Below are positions 30,670-40,067 of a stretch of 50,587 nucleotides of DNA, piece after piece. Source of the stretch: Eubacteriales bacterium. GTDB lineage: Bacteria > Bacillota > Clostridia > Oscillospirales > UMGS1783. How positions within the stretch are numbered: the stretch's first letter is position 1; every line of letters begins with the position of its first letter. Position numbers and translations under genes: made by a program. The stretch spans positions 1 to 50,587 of the forward strand of contig JAZNYQ010000073.1 of NCBI GenBank assembly GCA_045594545.1, read 5' to 3'. The notes under the pieces were generated by a model. The model had not been told where the DNA came from. It did not search any database and was given only the letters and a program-made list of their open reading frames with translations.

Positions 30670-30768
30670 TTTTAATATAAGATTGCGCCAATTGCAAGAG
30701 TTTTATTCAAATTTTCAGTATTTTACCAAAAAAGAAAGGACTTTCCGTTGCCGGAAAGCCCTGAAAAA

Positions 30769-31404
30769 TCAGAAGGAAACCTTCAAATAATTGATTTTGA
30801 TGCCCATGTCGCTCCAACGCTGTTCGTACTCGGTAACAATATTTTCGGGGCGGTTTTCGGCGGTGAGGTCACGGCTGATATCCAGAATCGTACCGCCTAC
30901 CTGCTCCACACTCTCCAAGCCAAACTCAAAAAATCCGACATTATCGGTCTTCATCTCCAGCACAGCATCGGGCTTCAATAAATACTTATAGATGTTCAAA
31001 AAGGCAGGGCCGTCCAGCCGACGAGCCGCATGGCGGGCCTTGGGCCACGGATCGGAGAAGTTCAGATAGATGCCGCTGGCGCAATTTTCGGCAAATACCT
31101 CACTCATTTTTGCGGCATCCACCGACATAAACCGGATGTTGTTCAGTACATATTCCTGCGCCTTTTCCATCGCCAGCACCAGCACATCGGGCACACGCTC
31201 TACGCCCACAAACAAACGGTCGGGATGCCGCTTGGCCTGTTCACACAAAAAACGTCCCTTGCCGCAACCGACTTCCAGATACAGCGGCGCTTCTCGGTCA
31301 AAGATATCCTTCGCGCACAGCCCGCTTTTCTCGCCGATCTCAAACAGATACTCCCCCGCCTTTTCCATCCGAGGGATCAGGTTTTTCTTTTTTCTCATTC
31401 GCAT
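30769..31404 (-). CDS. trmB: tRNA (guanine-N7)-methyltransferase
   Basis: LEVGCGKG, NFSDPWPKARH, KTDN, TEYE. Confidence 0.96.
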   Translation of the reverse strand: MRMRKKKNLIPRMEKAGEYLFEIGEKSGLCAKDIFDREAPLYLEVGCGKGRFLCEQAKRHPDRLFVGVERVPDVLVLAMEKAQEYVLNNIRFMSVDAAKMSEVFAENCASGIYLNFSDPWPKARHAARRLDGPAFLNIYKYLLKPDAVLEMKTDNVGFFEFGLESVEQVGGTILDISRDLTAENRPENIVTEYEQRWSDMGIKINYLKVSF

Positions 31405-31434
31405 AAGTAAATGCCTCCCGAAATGTCTGCTCCT

Positions 31435-31463
31435 ATTATAGCCGCATTTCGGGAGGTTGTCAA
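31435..31463 (-). promoter_or_regulatory. sigma-A promoter of trmB
   Basis: TTGACA-17 nt-TATAAT. Confidence 0.8.
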
Positions 31464-31464
31464 A

Positions 31465-32793
31465 TCAAACCGTCAGTGTTCCGTCATCCGTTTCAATGAG
31501 AATTTGGATCATTTCCTCAATGCCCGTCTTAGCATTGACATAGACCAGCACGTGCTTACCCTCTGCCGTTTCGGTCACAAACTCATGACAAAGCACCTCG
31601 TTCTTGCCGTCGGTCGGGATAATGGCCACATTACGGCTGATGATATGCAGATTGGCATTGACCTTTTCCTGCGCCTGCTCGGCACTAAGCACCACGCCCG
31701 TATCCCGATCGGTGCGGTGCGCCATCAGATACCCGTACGCCTCATATCCGCAAATATCCCCTGTTTCCAAACAAACCGACACCTTGATCAGATCGGGATA
31801 CACCGTCACGCCATCTTGTGAATAGGCGAAATTCATGGTGATCTCGCCGTCTTTCTTCATATAATAACTCTGGCGCATACCGGTAATGCCCATTTTCGCA
31901 AAGAATTCCTGTGCTTTGTTCATGGCATCGCCAACGCTCAGCCCCGTTGTCACCCGCTCACGGCTATCAGTCATTTCCATTAAATAGCCGCCCTGTTTGG
32001 TAACACTGGCCGTTCTGGTTTCCACTTCAAAGGTCCACGCCCGAATCTTACCGTCGATCTCCCCAATGCGGTTGATCTTCTCCATCGGCACACTCAGCCA
32101 TTGTGACAGGCGCGCCTTGGCCTCATCCTCGGTAATCTCGGCCGCTCCCGCCAACAATACCGGCTCCATCTTTTCAATATGATCGGAGAACGGCCCGTCA
32201 TAGATGAGTTCGGGATACTCGCTCACCTGCTCCCGCACGCTGGCCCATTCACTCCCCGCCAGATCGGCATCCACACCATCCAAAGATACCATATTCTTAA
32301 AGGAAATTTCCCCGTTATCCACCGCCGCGCGCAGGCTTCCGACATAATTAGCCAACTGCGCCGCCGCAAAGGCAAGCGAGCGCATATTCTCCGCCTCATT
32401 CTCAGCCGCCGCCTCCCCTTTCATGACTCGGGAAGACACATAATAGGCATAATCACCCGCTTTGGACAAAAATTCCGACACCTCATACAGCCCCTCTTCA
32501 TGCTCGGGCATGCCCTCCAGTGCCGCCTTGGCCTCACCCGTCTCTCGCCAGATCTGATTGGCCATACGCACGATCTGGTAATCACTGCCGGCATACTGTC
32601 CCTTTTCAAAAGCCGTTTCTATATTATACAGATGCTCGGACAGATCGGCAAAGTTGCGGGCATATTCGTTTTGTTCACTGATCTTATATTGCCCCGCCTG
32701 TTGCGTCTTGTAAATGCTGTAACCGCCGAGCGCCACAACCGCCGCCGCCAAAAAGGATACGATACGTACAAAAGTTCTTTTCTTTATTATCAT
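31465..32793 (-). CDS. ypeB: Germination protein YpeB
   Basis: N-terminal TM, YPELIYDGPFSDHI, YPDLIKVSV, PepSY-like C-terminus; upstream sigma-F/G-like promoter GTATA...GGAAATACTG (32816-32844). Confidence 0.9.
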   Translation of the reverse strand: MIIKKRTFVRIVSFLAAAVVALGGYSIYKTQQAGQYKISEQNEYARNFADLSEHLYNIETAFEKGQYAGSDYQIVRMANQIWRETGEAKAALEGMPEHEEGLYEVSEFLSKAGDYAYYVSSRVMKGEAAAENEAENMRSLAFAAAQLANYVGSLRAAVDNGEISFKNMVSLDGVDADLAGSEWASVREQVSEYPELIYDGPFSDHIEKMEPVLLAGAAEITEDEAKARLSQWLSVPMEKINRIGEIDGKIRAWTFEVETRTASVTKQGGYLMEMTDSRERVTTGLSVGDAMNKAQEFFAKMGITGMRQSYYMKKDGEITMNFAYSQDGVTVYPDLIKVSVCLETGDICGYEAYGYLMAHRTDRDTGVVLSAEQAQEKVNANLHIISRNVAIIPTDGKNEVLCHEFVTETAEGKHVLVYVNAKTGIEEMIQILIETDDGTLTV

Positions 32794-32872
32794 GGAAAAC
32801 ACCATCCTTCTCCAGCAGTATTTCCCATTTTTATACTTTTATACAAAAAAGGCCGCGTTTGCGGCCTTTTGT

Positions 32873-33877
32873 TCAACGAAGAAATCCCACTTTCCGATAC
32901 ACCTTGTTGAGGGTACGATAGGCCGCTTTCGCCGCCCGCTCGGCACCGATCTGGAAGATGTGATCCAAATAGTCTTTATCTTTGAGTATTTCATGATATC
33001 GTTCGCGAATGGGACGTAGCTCCTCAATAACCGCCTCAGCCACCGCCACCTTAAAGTCGCCGTAGCCCTTACCCTCAAACTCGGCGGTAATGGCATCGAG
33101 CGATTGACCGGTCACTGCACTGTAAATAGTCATCAGATTATTGATGCCATCCTTGCCCTCGGCATAGCAGACCCGTGCATCCGAATCGGTCACGGCACGC
33201 TTAAATTTGCGCATAATATCATCGGGCGTATCCAGTACGGCCACGTACCCGTTGGCATTGGAGTCGCTCTTGCTCATCTTCTTGGTCGGCTCCTGCAAAC
33301 TCATGATGCGAGCCCCCACCTTGGCTATGTACGGATCGGGCACCTTGAACACCGGATTTTCCTGCCCGTATACGCCATTAAAACGCTGAGCAATGTCACG
33401 GGCCAACTCCAGATGCTGCTTCTGATCCTCACCCACCGGCACCAGATCGGTCTGATACAATAAAATATCAGCCGCCATCAGTACGGGATAGGTAAATAAC
33501 CCGGCATTGATGTTGTCGGCATAACGGGTGCTCTTGTCCTTAAATTGAGTCATGCGCGACAGTTCTCCAAACATGGTGTAGCAGTTGAGCACCCACGCCA
33601 GTTCCGCGTGCGCCGAAACCTGACTTTGCAAAAACAGAACGTTCTTTTCCGGATCCAACCCGCAAGCCAATAACAACGCCATCGTTTCCTTGCAACGGGC
33701 GCGAAGTTTTGCCGGCTCCTGCCGTACCGTAATGGCGTGCAAATCGACAACCGAATAATAGCAGTTGTAGTCGTCAGCCAATTTGCTCCAGTTCTTTACC
33801 GCCCCCAGATAGTTGCCCAGCGTGATCAAGCCGCTGGGCTGAATGCCCGAAAATATGATCTTCTTGTTCTCGTCCAT
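32873..33877 (-). CDS. trpS: Tryptophan--tRNA ligase
   Basis: SGIQPSG..TLGNY, YPVLMAADIL, VPVGEDQKQH, KMSKS. Confidence 0.97.
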   Translation of the reverse strand: MDENKKIIFSGIQPSGLITLGNYLGAVKNWSKLADDYNCYYSVVDLHAITVRQEPAKLRARCKETMALLLACGLDPEKNVLFLQSQVSAHAELAWVLNCYTMFGELSRMTQFKDKSTRYADNINAGLFTYPVLMAADILLYQTDLVPVGEDQKQHLELARDIAQRFNGVYGQENPVFKVPDPYIAKVGARIMSLQEPTKKMSKSDSNANGYVAVLDTPDDIMRKFKRAVTDSDARVCYAEGKDGINNLMTIYSAVTGQSLDAITAEFEGKGYGDFKVAVAEAVIEELRPIRERYHEILKDKDYLDHIFQIGAERAAKAAYRTLNKVYRKVGFLR

Positions 33878-33885
33878 GGTCTAAT

Positions 33886-36330
33886 TTACCCTTCTTCGCT
33901 CTCATTTCTCATTTGCCGTTCCTGCCATTGTTGCATGGTGATCAACACCTTGCGAGGCTTACTGCCCTCGTACGGACCGACAATATTCATACTCTCCATC
34001 TCATCCACAATGCGTGCCGCACGGGAATATCCGAGCTTCAACCTGCGCTGCAACAACGACACCGAAGCCAAACCCGCTTCGATCACGACCTCAACCGCCG
34101 CCGGCAACATATCGTCATACCCATCGCCATCCACATCGGTCTTACTGCCGCCTTCACTCGCCGCCTGCGTCTCGGCCGCATTCTTTTCAATCTGATCAAT
34201 CACGTCCTGATCATAATTGCTTGCATATTTACCCTTAACAAAATCAGTGACCGCCTTGATCTCACCATCGCTGACAAAGCATCCCTGCAAACGCAAGGCC
34301 TTACTCCGCCCGATCGGTTGGTAAAGCATATCACCTTTACCCAATAATTTCTCAGCGCCGGGGGCATCCAGAATAATACGGGAATCGACTTGGCTACCCA
34401 CTGCAAAAGCAATACGGGACGGGATATTCGCCTTAATCGTACCGGTGATAACGTCCACCGAAGGCCGCTGTGTCGCTACGATCAGGTGCATACCGGCCGC
34501 ACGCGCCATCTGCGCTAAACGGCAGATCGCTTCTTCTACCTCATGGGGCGCGCACATCATGACGTCAGCCAACTCATCGATTACGATCAAGATATTCGAC
34601 ATCGGCTTCTCGCCTTTGGCCACCGCCTGCTCGTTATAGGAATGTATATTCCGAGAACCGGTCTCCGAGAACAACTTGTAACGGTTGAGCATCTCGCCCA
34701 CCGCCCACTTAAGAGCTCCTGCCGCCTTTTTCGGATCGCTGACCACAGGGCTGATCAGGTGCGGAATGCCGTTGTATACATCCAATTCGACCTGTTTGGG
34801 GTCGATCATGATCATCTTCACTTCATCGGGACGGGCTTTGTACAAAATACTGGTCAGCATTGTGTTGATGCAAACCGATTTACCCGAACCGGTCGTACCC
34901 GCAATCAGCAGGTGCGGCATGGCCGCCAGATCGCAGGTAATGGTATTGCCCGCAATATCCATACCCAGCGCTGTTGTCAACTTGCTCTTGGAATTGCGAA
35001 AATCGGCGGTGGAGAGCATACGACGGATACTGATGGGAGAAGTCTCCTTATTGGCCACCTCAACACCAATGGTTCCCTTACCGGGGATGGGCGCCTCAAT
35101 GCGCACGTTGGCCGCCTTAAGCGCCAGCGCCAGATCATCCGACAAGGTATTGAACTTACTGATACGCACACCCTTACCCGGCGTCAGTTCATAACGGGTC
35201 ACCGACGGACCGCGGCTGATGTTGACCACCTTGGCTTCCACATTAAAGTTTCCTAACGTTTCCACCAGCAACCGCGCCGTTGCCCGCAGTTCGCTCTCAT
35301 TGACCCGATTGCTGTCGGGCGAATCCGCCTTGAGCAGATTCAGATCCGGCAACACGTAATTGGCATACAGGTCTTCCTTCTTTTCCTGTTGCGCCATCTC
35401 TTCCGATAACTGTTGCTCCATCTGCAGCATCTGCTTCTCGGTCATCTTCTTATCGGCCTCGATGCGCTCCTCGGTCGTTTCATGCACCGTCACCGTTTCT
35501 ATGGACAGATCATCCTTATCCAATGCCTTTAGCACCTGTTCGGTGTCCACCTTAGGCTTGTCCTCGCGTACCGTAACGGGGATATCCAGTTCTTTGCCCC
35601 GCCGCTTCTTGCCGGTATCCTGAATCTCTGCCACATCGGCAAAGGCATCTTCAGCCGCTTCTTTACGCGCCTGCTTCTTGTCATGCACTTCAGCTTTACG
35701 GGCGGCCCGTTCTTCGGCCGACGGCATTTGCGGCAACGCCTCTTTTACCGTATCGGCAATCTCCTCTGCCGTATAGGGGAATAATTTATCTTTAAGCCAT
35801 ACAAAAGCAAAACCTACCGAGCCGCACAGAGCCAACACCAAGGCAAAACCCAGCACCAATGCCGCTCCGATCACCGACAGGTAGCGATAGGGCAAAAAGG
35901 CGAGCAAGCCGCCAAGCACGCCGCCCGATGCCGCAGACTGCGCACCGGTGAACAACCGCTCCACAAACAGGAAGAAATCGGCGCCTTCGTAGACCGCCGC
36001 CTGTTTGGTGAAAATATGTATAAACGCCGAAAACAGAATCAACGCCACCGCAAACAACCAGATGCGCACGCCTGTCTTTTTGTCGTTGCCTTGCACCAGT
36101 TTGCAAATGGCCGACACCAACAGATAAACAGGCAGAATATAGGCACCCACACCCAATAAACCACGCATCAGCATGGTGAGCAGGTTGCCGAAATCACCAA
36201 CCGCACCGAACAACGCCAGCAACATCAGAACCGCAAGCAGGATCAGACTCCAAAGCCCGATCAACCGCCCGCTACCGGAAGATTGTCTGCGCCGTTTTCT
36301 TGTTTGTGTTGTCTTCTTTCTTGCCGCCAT
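33886..36330 (-). CDS. ftsK: DNA translocase FtsK/SpoIIIE
   Basis: N-terminal TMs, HLLIAGTTGSGKS, IDELAD, ATQRPS, gamma domain SLLQRRLKLGYSRAAR. Confidence 0.96.
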   Translation of the reverse strand: MAARKKTTQTRKRRRQSSGSGRLIGLWSLILLAVLMLLALFGAVGDFGNLLTMLMRGLLGVGAYILPVYLLVSAICKLVQGNDKKTGVRIWLFAVALILFSAFIHIFTKQAAVYEGADFFLFVERLFTGAQSAASGGVLGGLLAFLPYRYLSVIGAALVLGFALVLALCGSVGFAFVWLKDKLFPYTAEEIADTVKEALPQMPSAEERAARKAEVHDKKQARKEAAEDAFADVAEIQDTGKKRRGKELDIPVTVREDKPKVDTEQVLKALDKDDLSIETVTVHETTEERIEADKKMTEKQMLQMEQQLSEEMAQQEKKEDLYANYVLPDLNLLKADSPDSNRVNESELRATARLLVETLGNFNVEAKVVNISRGPSVTRYELTPGKGVRISKFNTLSDDLALALKAANVRIEAPIPGKGTIGVEVANKETSPISIRRMLSTADFRNSKSKLTTALGMDIAGNTITCDLAAMPHLLIAGTTGSGKSVCINTMLTSILYKARPDEVKMIMIDPKQVELDVYNGIPHLISPVVSDPKKAAGALKWAVGEMLNRYKLFSETGSRNIHSYNEQAVAKGEKPMSNILIVIDELADVMMCAPHEVEEAICRLAQMARAAGMHLIVATQRPSVDVITGTIKANIPSRIAFAVGSQVDSRIILDAPGAEKLLGKGDMLYQPIGRSKALRLQGCFVSDGEIKAVTDFVKGKYASNYDQDVIDQIEKNAAETQAASEGGSKTDVDGDGYDDMLPAAVEVVIEAGLASVSLLQRRLKLGYSRAARIVDEMESMNIVGPYEGSKPRKVLITMQQWQERQMRNESEEG

Positions 36331-36342
36331 ACGATCCATCCT

Positions 36343-37200
36343 TTATTTTGTTACGATCGCGTATACGATCGCCAGAATGCCTGCCGACGCACAGTAGTAG
36401 GCAAAGGCACCGAATTTATCCTTTTTCACAACCAGTTCTACCAGTTTGATCGCCAGATATCCCGACACGGCCGCCACCAGCATACCGACCAAATAGGGAC
36501 CGATCTCCACCGTAGGGAGCAGTTCAATGGCATCGCCCACCTTCAAAACCGCACTGCCGACAATGGCCGGTAACGACAGAATAAAGGAATATTCCACCGC
36601 CTGCTTGCGGTCAAACCCGCGTAACAGCCCCGCCGTAATGGTCGAACCCGAACGGGAAATACCGGGCACCAGCGCCAGACATTGGAACAGGCCCACAACG
36701 ATCGAATCCTTAACCGTCAGTTTCTCGCCCGTCTTACCTACCCGACCGCTCTTGGCATATTTGCGGGTGATGTAGTCGGCCAAGGTCAGCAAAAATGCCG
36801 TAACCAAAAGCGCCACACCCACCAACAACAACGAGGAGAACAATGCTTCGATCTGATCGGATATGAGCACAAAAGGAATCAGCAGACAGGTAGAAAGGAT
36901 CATCAGAATCAACAACTTCTCATCCGCCTGTATGGTCTTCCATGAAAATTTACCCGTAAAGATGTTGCGGATAATACGGCCTGCCGCACAGATCAACCGC
37001 CAGATCAAGCCATGGAAAGCCACTACAACGGCAATCAGGGTTGCCACGTGAAGCAATACAACGATCAACTGGTTTTCCGATGCGTTTTCCGAAAGCCCAA
37101 ATAAATTCTGAAAAATCACCAAGTGCCCCGAACTGGATACCGGTAAAAACTCACACAATCCCTGCACCAATCCCAGCACGATCGCTTCTATGTAACTCAT
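36343..37200 (-). CDS. uppP: Undecaprenyl-diphosphate phosphatase
   Basis: QGLCEFLPVSSSGHL, PGISRSGST. Confidence 0.95.
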   Translation of the reverse strand: MSYIEAIVLGLVQGLCEFLPVSSSGHLVIFQNLFGLSENASENQLIVVLLHVATLIAVVVAFHGLIWRLICAAGRIIRNIFTGKFSWKTIQADEKLLILMILSTCLLIPFVLISDQIEALFSSLLLVGVALLVTAFLLTLADYITRKYAKSGRVGKTGEKLTVKDSIVVGLFQCLALVPGISRSGSTITAGLLRGFDRKQAVEYSFILSLPAIVGSAVLKVGDAIELLPTVEIGPYLVGMLVAAVSGYLAIKLVELVVKKDKFGAFAYYCASAGILAIVYAIVTK

Positions 37201-37265
37201 GCCACGCCTCCTCAAAAATGCTTAACTTATATTATAGCATATCTTTTACAAAAATGCCACAGAAA

Positions 37266-37658
37266 TTAAACATTATTTTTTTTACGATTGGCACGTTCCA
37301 TAAAACGGTCCGCATCAATAATAAAGCGCTTATGCTCGCCCCGTCCAATGATGCCCGCCTGATCCCGACACTCTACGGCAAAGGTCAGTTCCCTCCCGTT
37401 GATGCCCGTCAGTTCGCAGGTGCATACCACCTGCCCATCCAATGGCGTGGCGCTCTCATGGCTGATGTTCACCATCGTGCCCACCGTAGACTGCCCATGC
37501 TCCAACGAATCCTGCACGCATAGATAGCAGGTCTTTTCCATCAATAACAGCATAGCGGGAGTCGCAAAAACATCCAATCCCCCGCTGCCCAGCATACGGG
37601 CGGTATTGTGCTCGGTCACCGTTTCTTTTTGCAGTGCTTTCATTCCTACTGTCAGCAT
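37266..37658 (-). CDS. Hot-dog fold thioesterase (fluoroacetyl-CoA thioesterase-like)
   Basis: GSGGLDVFATPAMLLLME, TVGT...H..ATP. Confidence 0.88.
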   Translation of the reverse strand: MLTVGMKALQKETVTEHNTARMLGSGGLDVFATPAMLLLMEKTCYLCVQDSLEHGQSTVGTMVNISHESATPLDGQVVCTCELTGINGRELTFAVECRDQAGIIGRGEHKRFIIDADRFMERANRKKNNV

Positions 37659-37711
37659 ATCATTTCTCCTGAGTTTTTTATTAGTATATCACGAACGAAA
37701 GCAATCTTCAA

Positions 37712-38065
37712 TCACTTTCCCGAACTTTTGAAGATCAAAGCAAATAAATAACCAAACACGATGACCGTAGTAATGCCGGCGGCCGCCGCCGTCAGCCCGC
37801 CCGTGATCACACCCATGATTCCGTGGGCATCCACCGCTTCTTTAACCCCGTTGGCCAGCACATATCCAAATCCCGTCAGCGGCACCGTCGCCCCCGCTCC
37901 GCCGAAAGCAACTACCTTATCATATATGCCGACGGCCGTTAATCCAACCCCCGCCACAACATAAGAAACTAAGATTCGAGCGGGAGTCAGTTTGGTAAAA
38001 TCAATCAATAATTGGGCAATCACACACAAAACGCCGCCCGTCAAAAAAGCACGTAAAAACTCCAT
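37712..38065 (-). CDS. spoVAE: Stage V sporulation protein AE (SpoVAEb)
   Basis: AFLTGGVLCVIAQ, TPARILV, GAGATVPLTGFG. Confidence 0.95.
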   Translation of the reverse strand: MEFLRAFLTGGVLCVIAQLLIDFTKLTPARILVSYVVAGVGLTAVGIYDKVVAFGGAGATVPLTGFGYVLANGVKEAVDAHGIMGVITGGLTAAAAGITTVIVFGYLFALIFKSSGK

Positions 38066-38066
38066 T

Positions 38067-39083
38067 TTATTCTCCCCTCACCATTTCCAGCAGATGACAG
38101 ATCCCGGGAATACTCTCCCCCTGTTGCGAACTGGTCGTGCTCATCAGCGCACCTGTAGCACAAAACAACATGCGCTTGTAAATCCCTTTCTGCATCTGAG
38201 GCAGAAGATGCCCGCATAATACCGAAGCACTGCACCCGCACCCCGATCCGCCGGCATGCACATCCTGCCGCTCCCGATCGTAAATCAGCAATCCGCAATC
38301 GGTATAATGATCCCCCATATTATAGCCGTTACGCCCCATCAGATCCACCAGAATATCATAGCCGACCTTACCCAAGTCACCCGTCACGATCAAATCATAA
38401 TCCTGCGGTGTTGTCTTGGTATCCTCAAAAAAATGCTGCAAAGTATCAGCTGCCGCAGGGGCCATGGCGGCACCCATATTGTTAGCATCCTTGATCCCTA
38501 AATCAACAATGCGCCCCGCCGTCAGTTTGGTGATCTGCGCCGCCCCGATTTTAGGCTCAGTCCCTAAAATAGCACAGCCCGCCGCCGTAGCCGTCCATTG
38601 CGCCGACGGCGTGCGCTGACCGCCGTACTCCAACGGGTTGCGAAATTGGCGCTCGGCCGTCGCAAAATGAGACGAGGTGACCGCCGCCACATGCGAGGCA
38701 AAACCGCCCGACACCAGAAAAGAACCCAGCATCAAGGACTCCGCCATGGTCGAGCAAGCCCCGTATAAACCAAAGAAGGCGCGCCCGCTCTCCCGCAAGC
38801 CGAAACTGCTGCTGATGCATTGATTGAGCAGATCGCCCGCCAAAATATAGTCGATATCATTGGCCGCCAGATTGGCCTTGTTGAGGGCGCACAGATACAC
38901 CTCTCTTTGCATCTTGCTTTCGGCCTTTTCCCAGCTTTCCTCGCCGAATCGGTCGTCTTCCAATACTATATCAAACCAGCCGCCCAGCGGCCCGTCTTCC
39001 TCCTTTACCCCGCCGATGGCGGCCGAGGTTTCTACGGTCACCGGATTAGAAAGAGTAACCGTCCAACCGTTGCGTTTTGGCAT
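38067..39083 (-). CDS. spoVAD: Stage V sporulation protein AD
   Basis: GDLLNQC, GACST, ERQFRNPLEYGGQR, GGSGCGCSA. Confidence 0.97.
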   Translation of the reverse strand: MPKRNGWTVTLSNPVTVETSAAIGGVKEEDGPLGGWFDIVLEDDRFGEESWEKAESKMQREVYLCALNKANLAANDIDYILAGDLLNQCISSSFGLRESGRAFFGLYGACSTMAESLMLGSFLVSGGFASHVAAVTSSHFATAERQFRNPLEYGGQRTPSAQWTATAAGCAILGTEPKIGAAQITKLTAGRIVDLGIKDANNMGAAMAPAAADTLQHFFEDTKTTPQDYDLIVTGDLGKVGYDILVDLMGRNGYNMGDHYTDCGLLIYDRERQDVHAGGSGCGCSASVLCGHLLPQMQKGIYKRMLFCATGALMSTTSSQQGESIPGICHLLEMVRGE

Positions 39084-39117
39084 AATTCTCCGTCCTTTTT
39101 TCAAAATTTTCTGCATT

Positions 39118-39146
39118 TATTATGTGTTTTTTGCTTCAAATTATGC
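39118..39146 (-). promoter_or_regulatory. sigma-G-type promoter of spoVAD
   Basis: GCATA-17 nt-CATAATA. Confidence 0.75.
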
Positions 39147-39167
39147 CGTTTTTGCCTCAAAAACAGC

Positions 39168-39196
39168 GAAAAACCCGCCGAAAACCGACGGGTTTT
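39168..39196 (-). terminator. Terminator after the displaced spoVAC 3' end
   Basis: CCCGTCG-GTTTT-CGGCGGG-TTTTT on the minus strand. Confidence 0.7.
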
Positions 39197-39199
39197 GCC

Positions 39200-39319
39200 C
39201 TAAAAAACCTGAAAAAGAAAATAAATCAGTCCATAAATGACGCTTGCGACTATGCCGTAGACGATGACCGGACCGGCGATGACAAACATCTTGGCCGCCA
39301 CGCCAAGAACCAGCCCTTC
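39200..39319 (-). pseudogene. spoVAC: Duplicated 3' end of spoVAC (EGLVLG...YGLIYFLFQVF*)
   Basis: 39220-39319 is 96/100 identical to 40088-40187; in frame to a TAG at 39200. Confidence 0.9.
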
Positions 39320-39345
39320 TGCTGCTGTCAACATAGGACACAGTA

Positions 39346-39374
39346 TTTACATTCGATCTTTCATGTTGTATAAT
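39346..39374 (+). promoter_or_regulatory. sigma-A promoter of the inserted hydrolase gene
   Basis: TTTACA-17 nt-TATAAT. Confidence 0.7.
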
Positions 39375-39405
39375 TAATGTAAATCTAATTGCGGAGGCTA
39401 ATGCT

Positions 39406-40035
39406 ATGAAAGTAATAAATCATTCCGATCCGGATGCCGGTTTTCCCTATATCGCCTATATGCCCGAGAACATAAGCGAACATCCTGCGTTAATCGTTCA
39501 ACTGCACGGCGCCGGTGAACGTGGAAGTGGTAATGCTGATTTGGACAAGGTTTTAATACACGGCTTTTCACATATTGTAAACGATGACAATCTTAAAGAC
39601 TGCATCCTCATAATGCCACAATGTCCGCAAGATTCTTTTTGGGTAGCAAAGATAGAACGCCTAAAATCCTTTGTTGAGAATATTGTAAATATCTATTCTG
39701 TCAATATAGATAGAATTTATCTTTGCGGTTTAAGTATGGGTGGTTTTGGAACTTGGTATACTGCGATGGCGTATCCCGAATTATTCGCAGCGATTGCACC
39801 TTGTTGCGGCGGCGGAATGGCATGGAACGCAGGTGTACTAAAAATGCCGATCTGGACTTTTCACGGAAAAGAGGATACAGTAGTATCCCCTAACCAGACA
39901 CTCGAAATGATTGAGAAATTGAAAGACATTAATCCAAATTTCAAATACACATTATATGATGGTGTAGGACACGATTCTTGGACAAAAGCATTTTCCGAAG
40001 AATTACTCGAGTGGCTTTTAGTCCAACATAAATAA
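39406..40035 (+). CDS. Alpha/beta-hydrolase (predicted peptidase/esterase/phospholipase)
   Basis: LHGAGERG, GLSMGG nucleophile elbow, FHGKED, GVGHDSW; AT-rich relative to flanks. Confidence 0.9.
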   Translation: MKVINHSDPDAGFPYIAYMPENISEHPALIVQLHGAGERGSGNADLDKVLIHGFSHIVNDDNLKDCILIMPQCPQDSFWVAKIERLKSFVENIVNIYSVNIDRIYLCGLSMGGFGTWYTAMAYPELFAAIAPCCGGGMAWNAGVLKMPIWTFHGKEDTVVSPNQTLEMIEKLKDINPNFKYTLYDGVGHDSWTKAFSEELLEWLLVQHK

Positions 40036-40037
40036 CG

Positions 40038-40067
40038 GAAAAGGCTTGCAAAATGCAAGCCTTTTTG
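40038..40067. terminator. Bidirectional terminator between the hydrolase and spoVAC
   Basis: AAAAGGCTTGCA/TGCAAGCCTTTT inverted repeat. Confidence 0.85.

Noticed and set aside
28934-30790. 618-aa antisense ORF over the M23 gene (similarly 18852-20018, 21703-22590, 24339-25292, 27661-28764)
   Set aside because: Antisense shadows of well-supported genes with unnatural composition.
39200-39334. 44-aa mini-ORF MLTAAEGLV...FQVF as an expressed gene
   Set aside because: An in-frame ATG exists but no SD is evident; better explained as the displaced spoVAC end.
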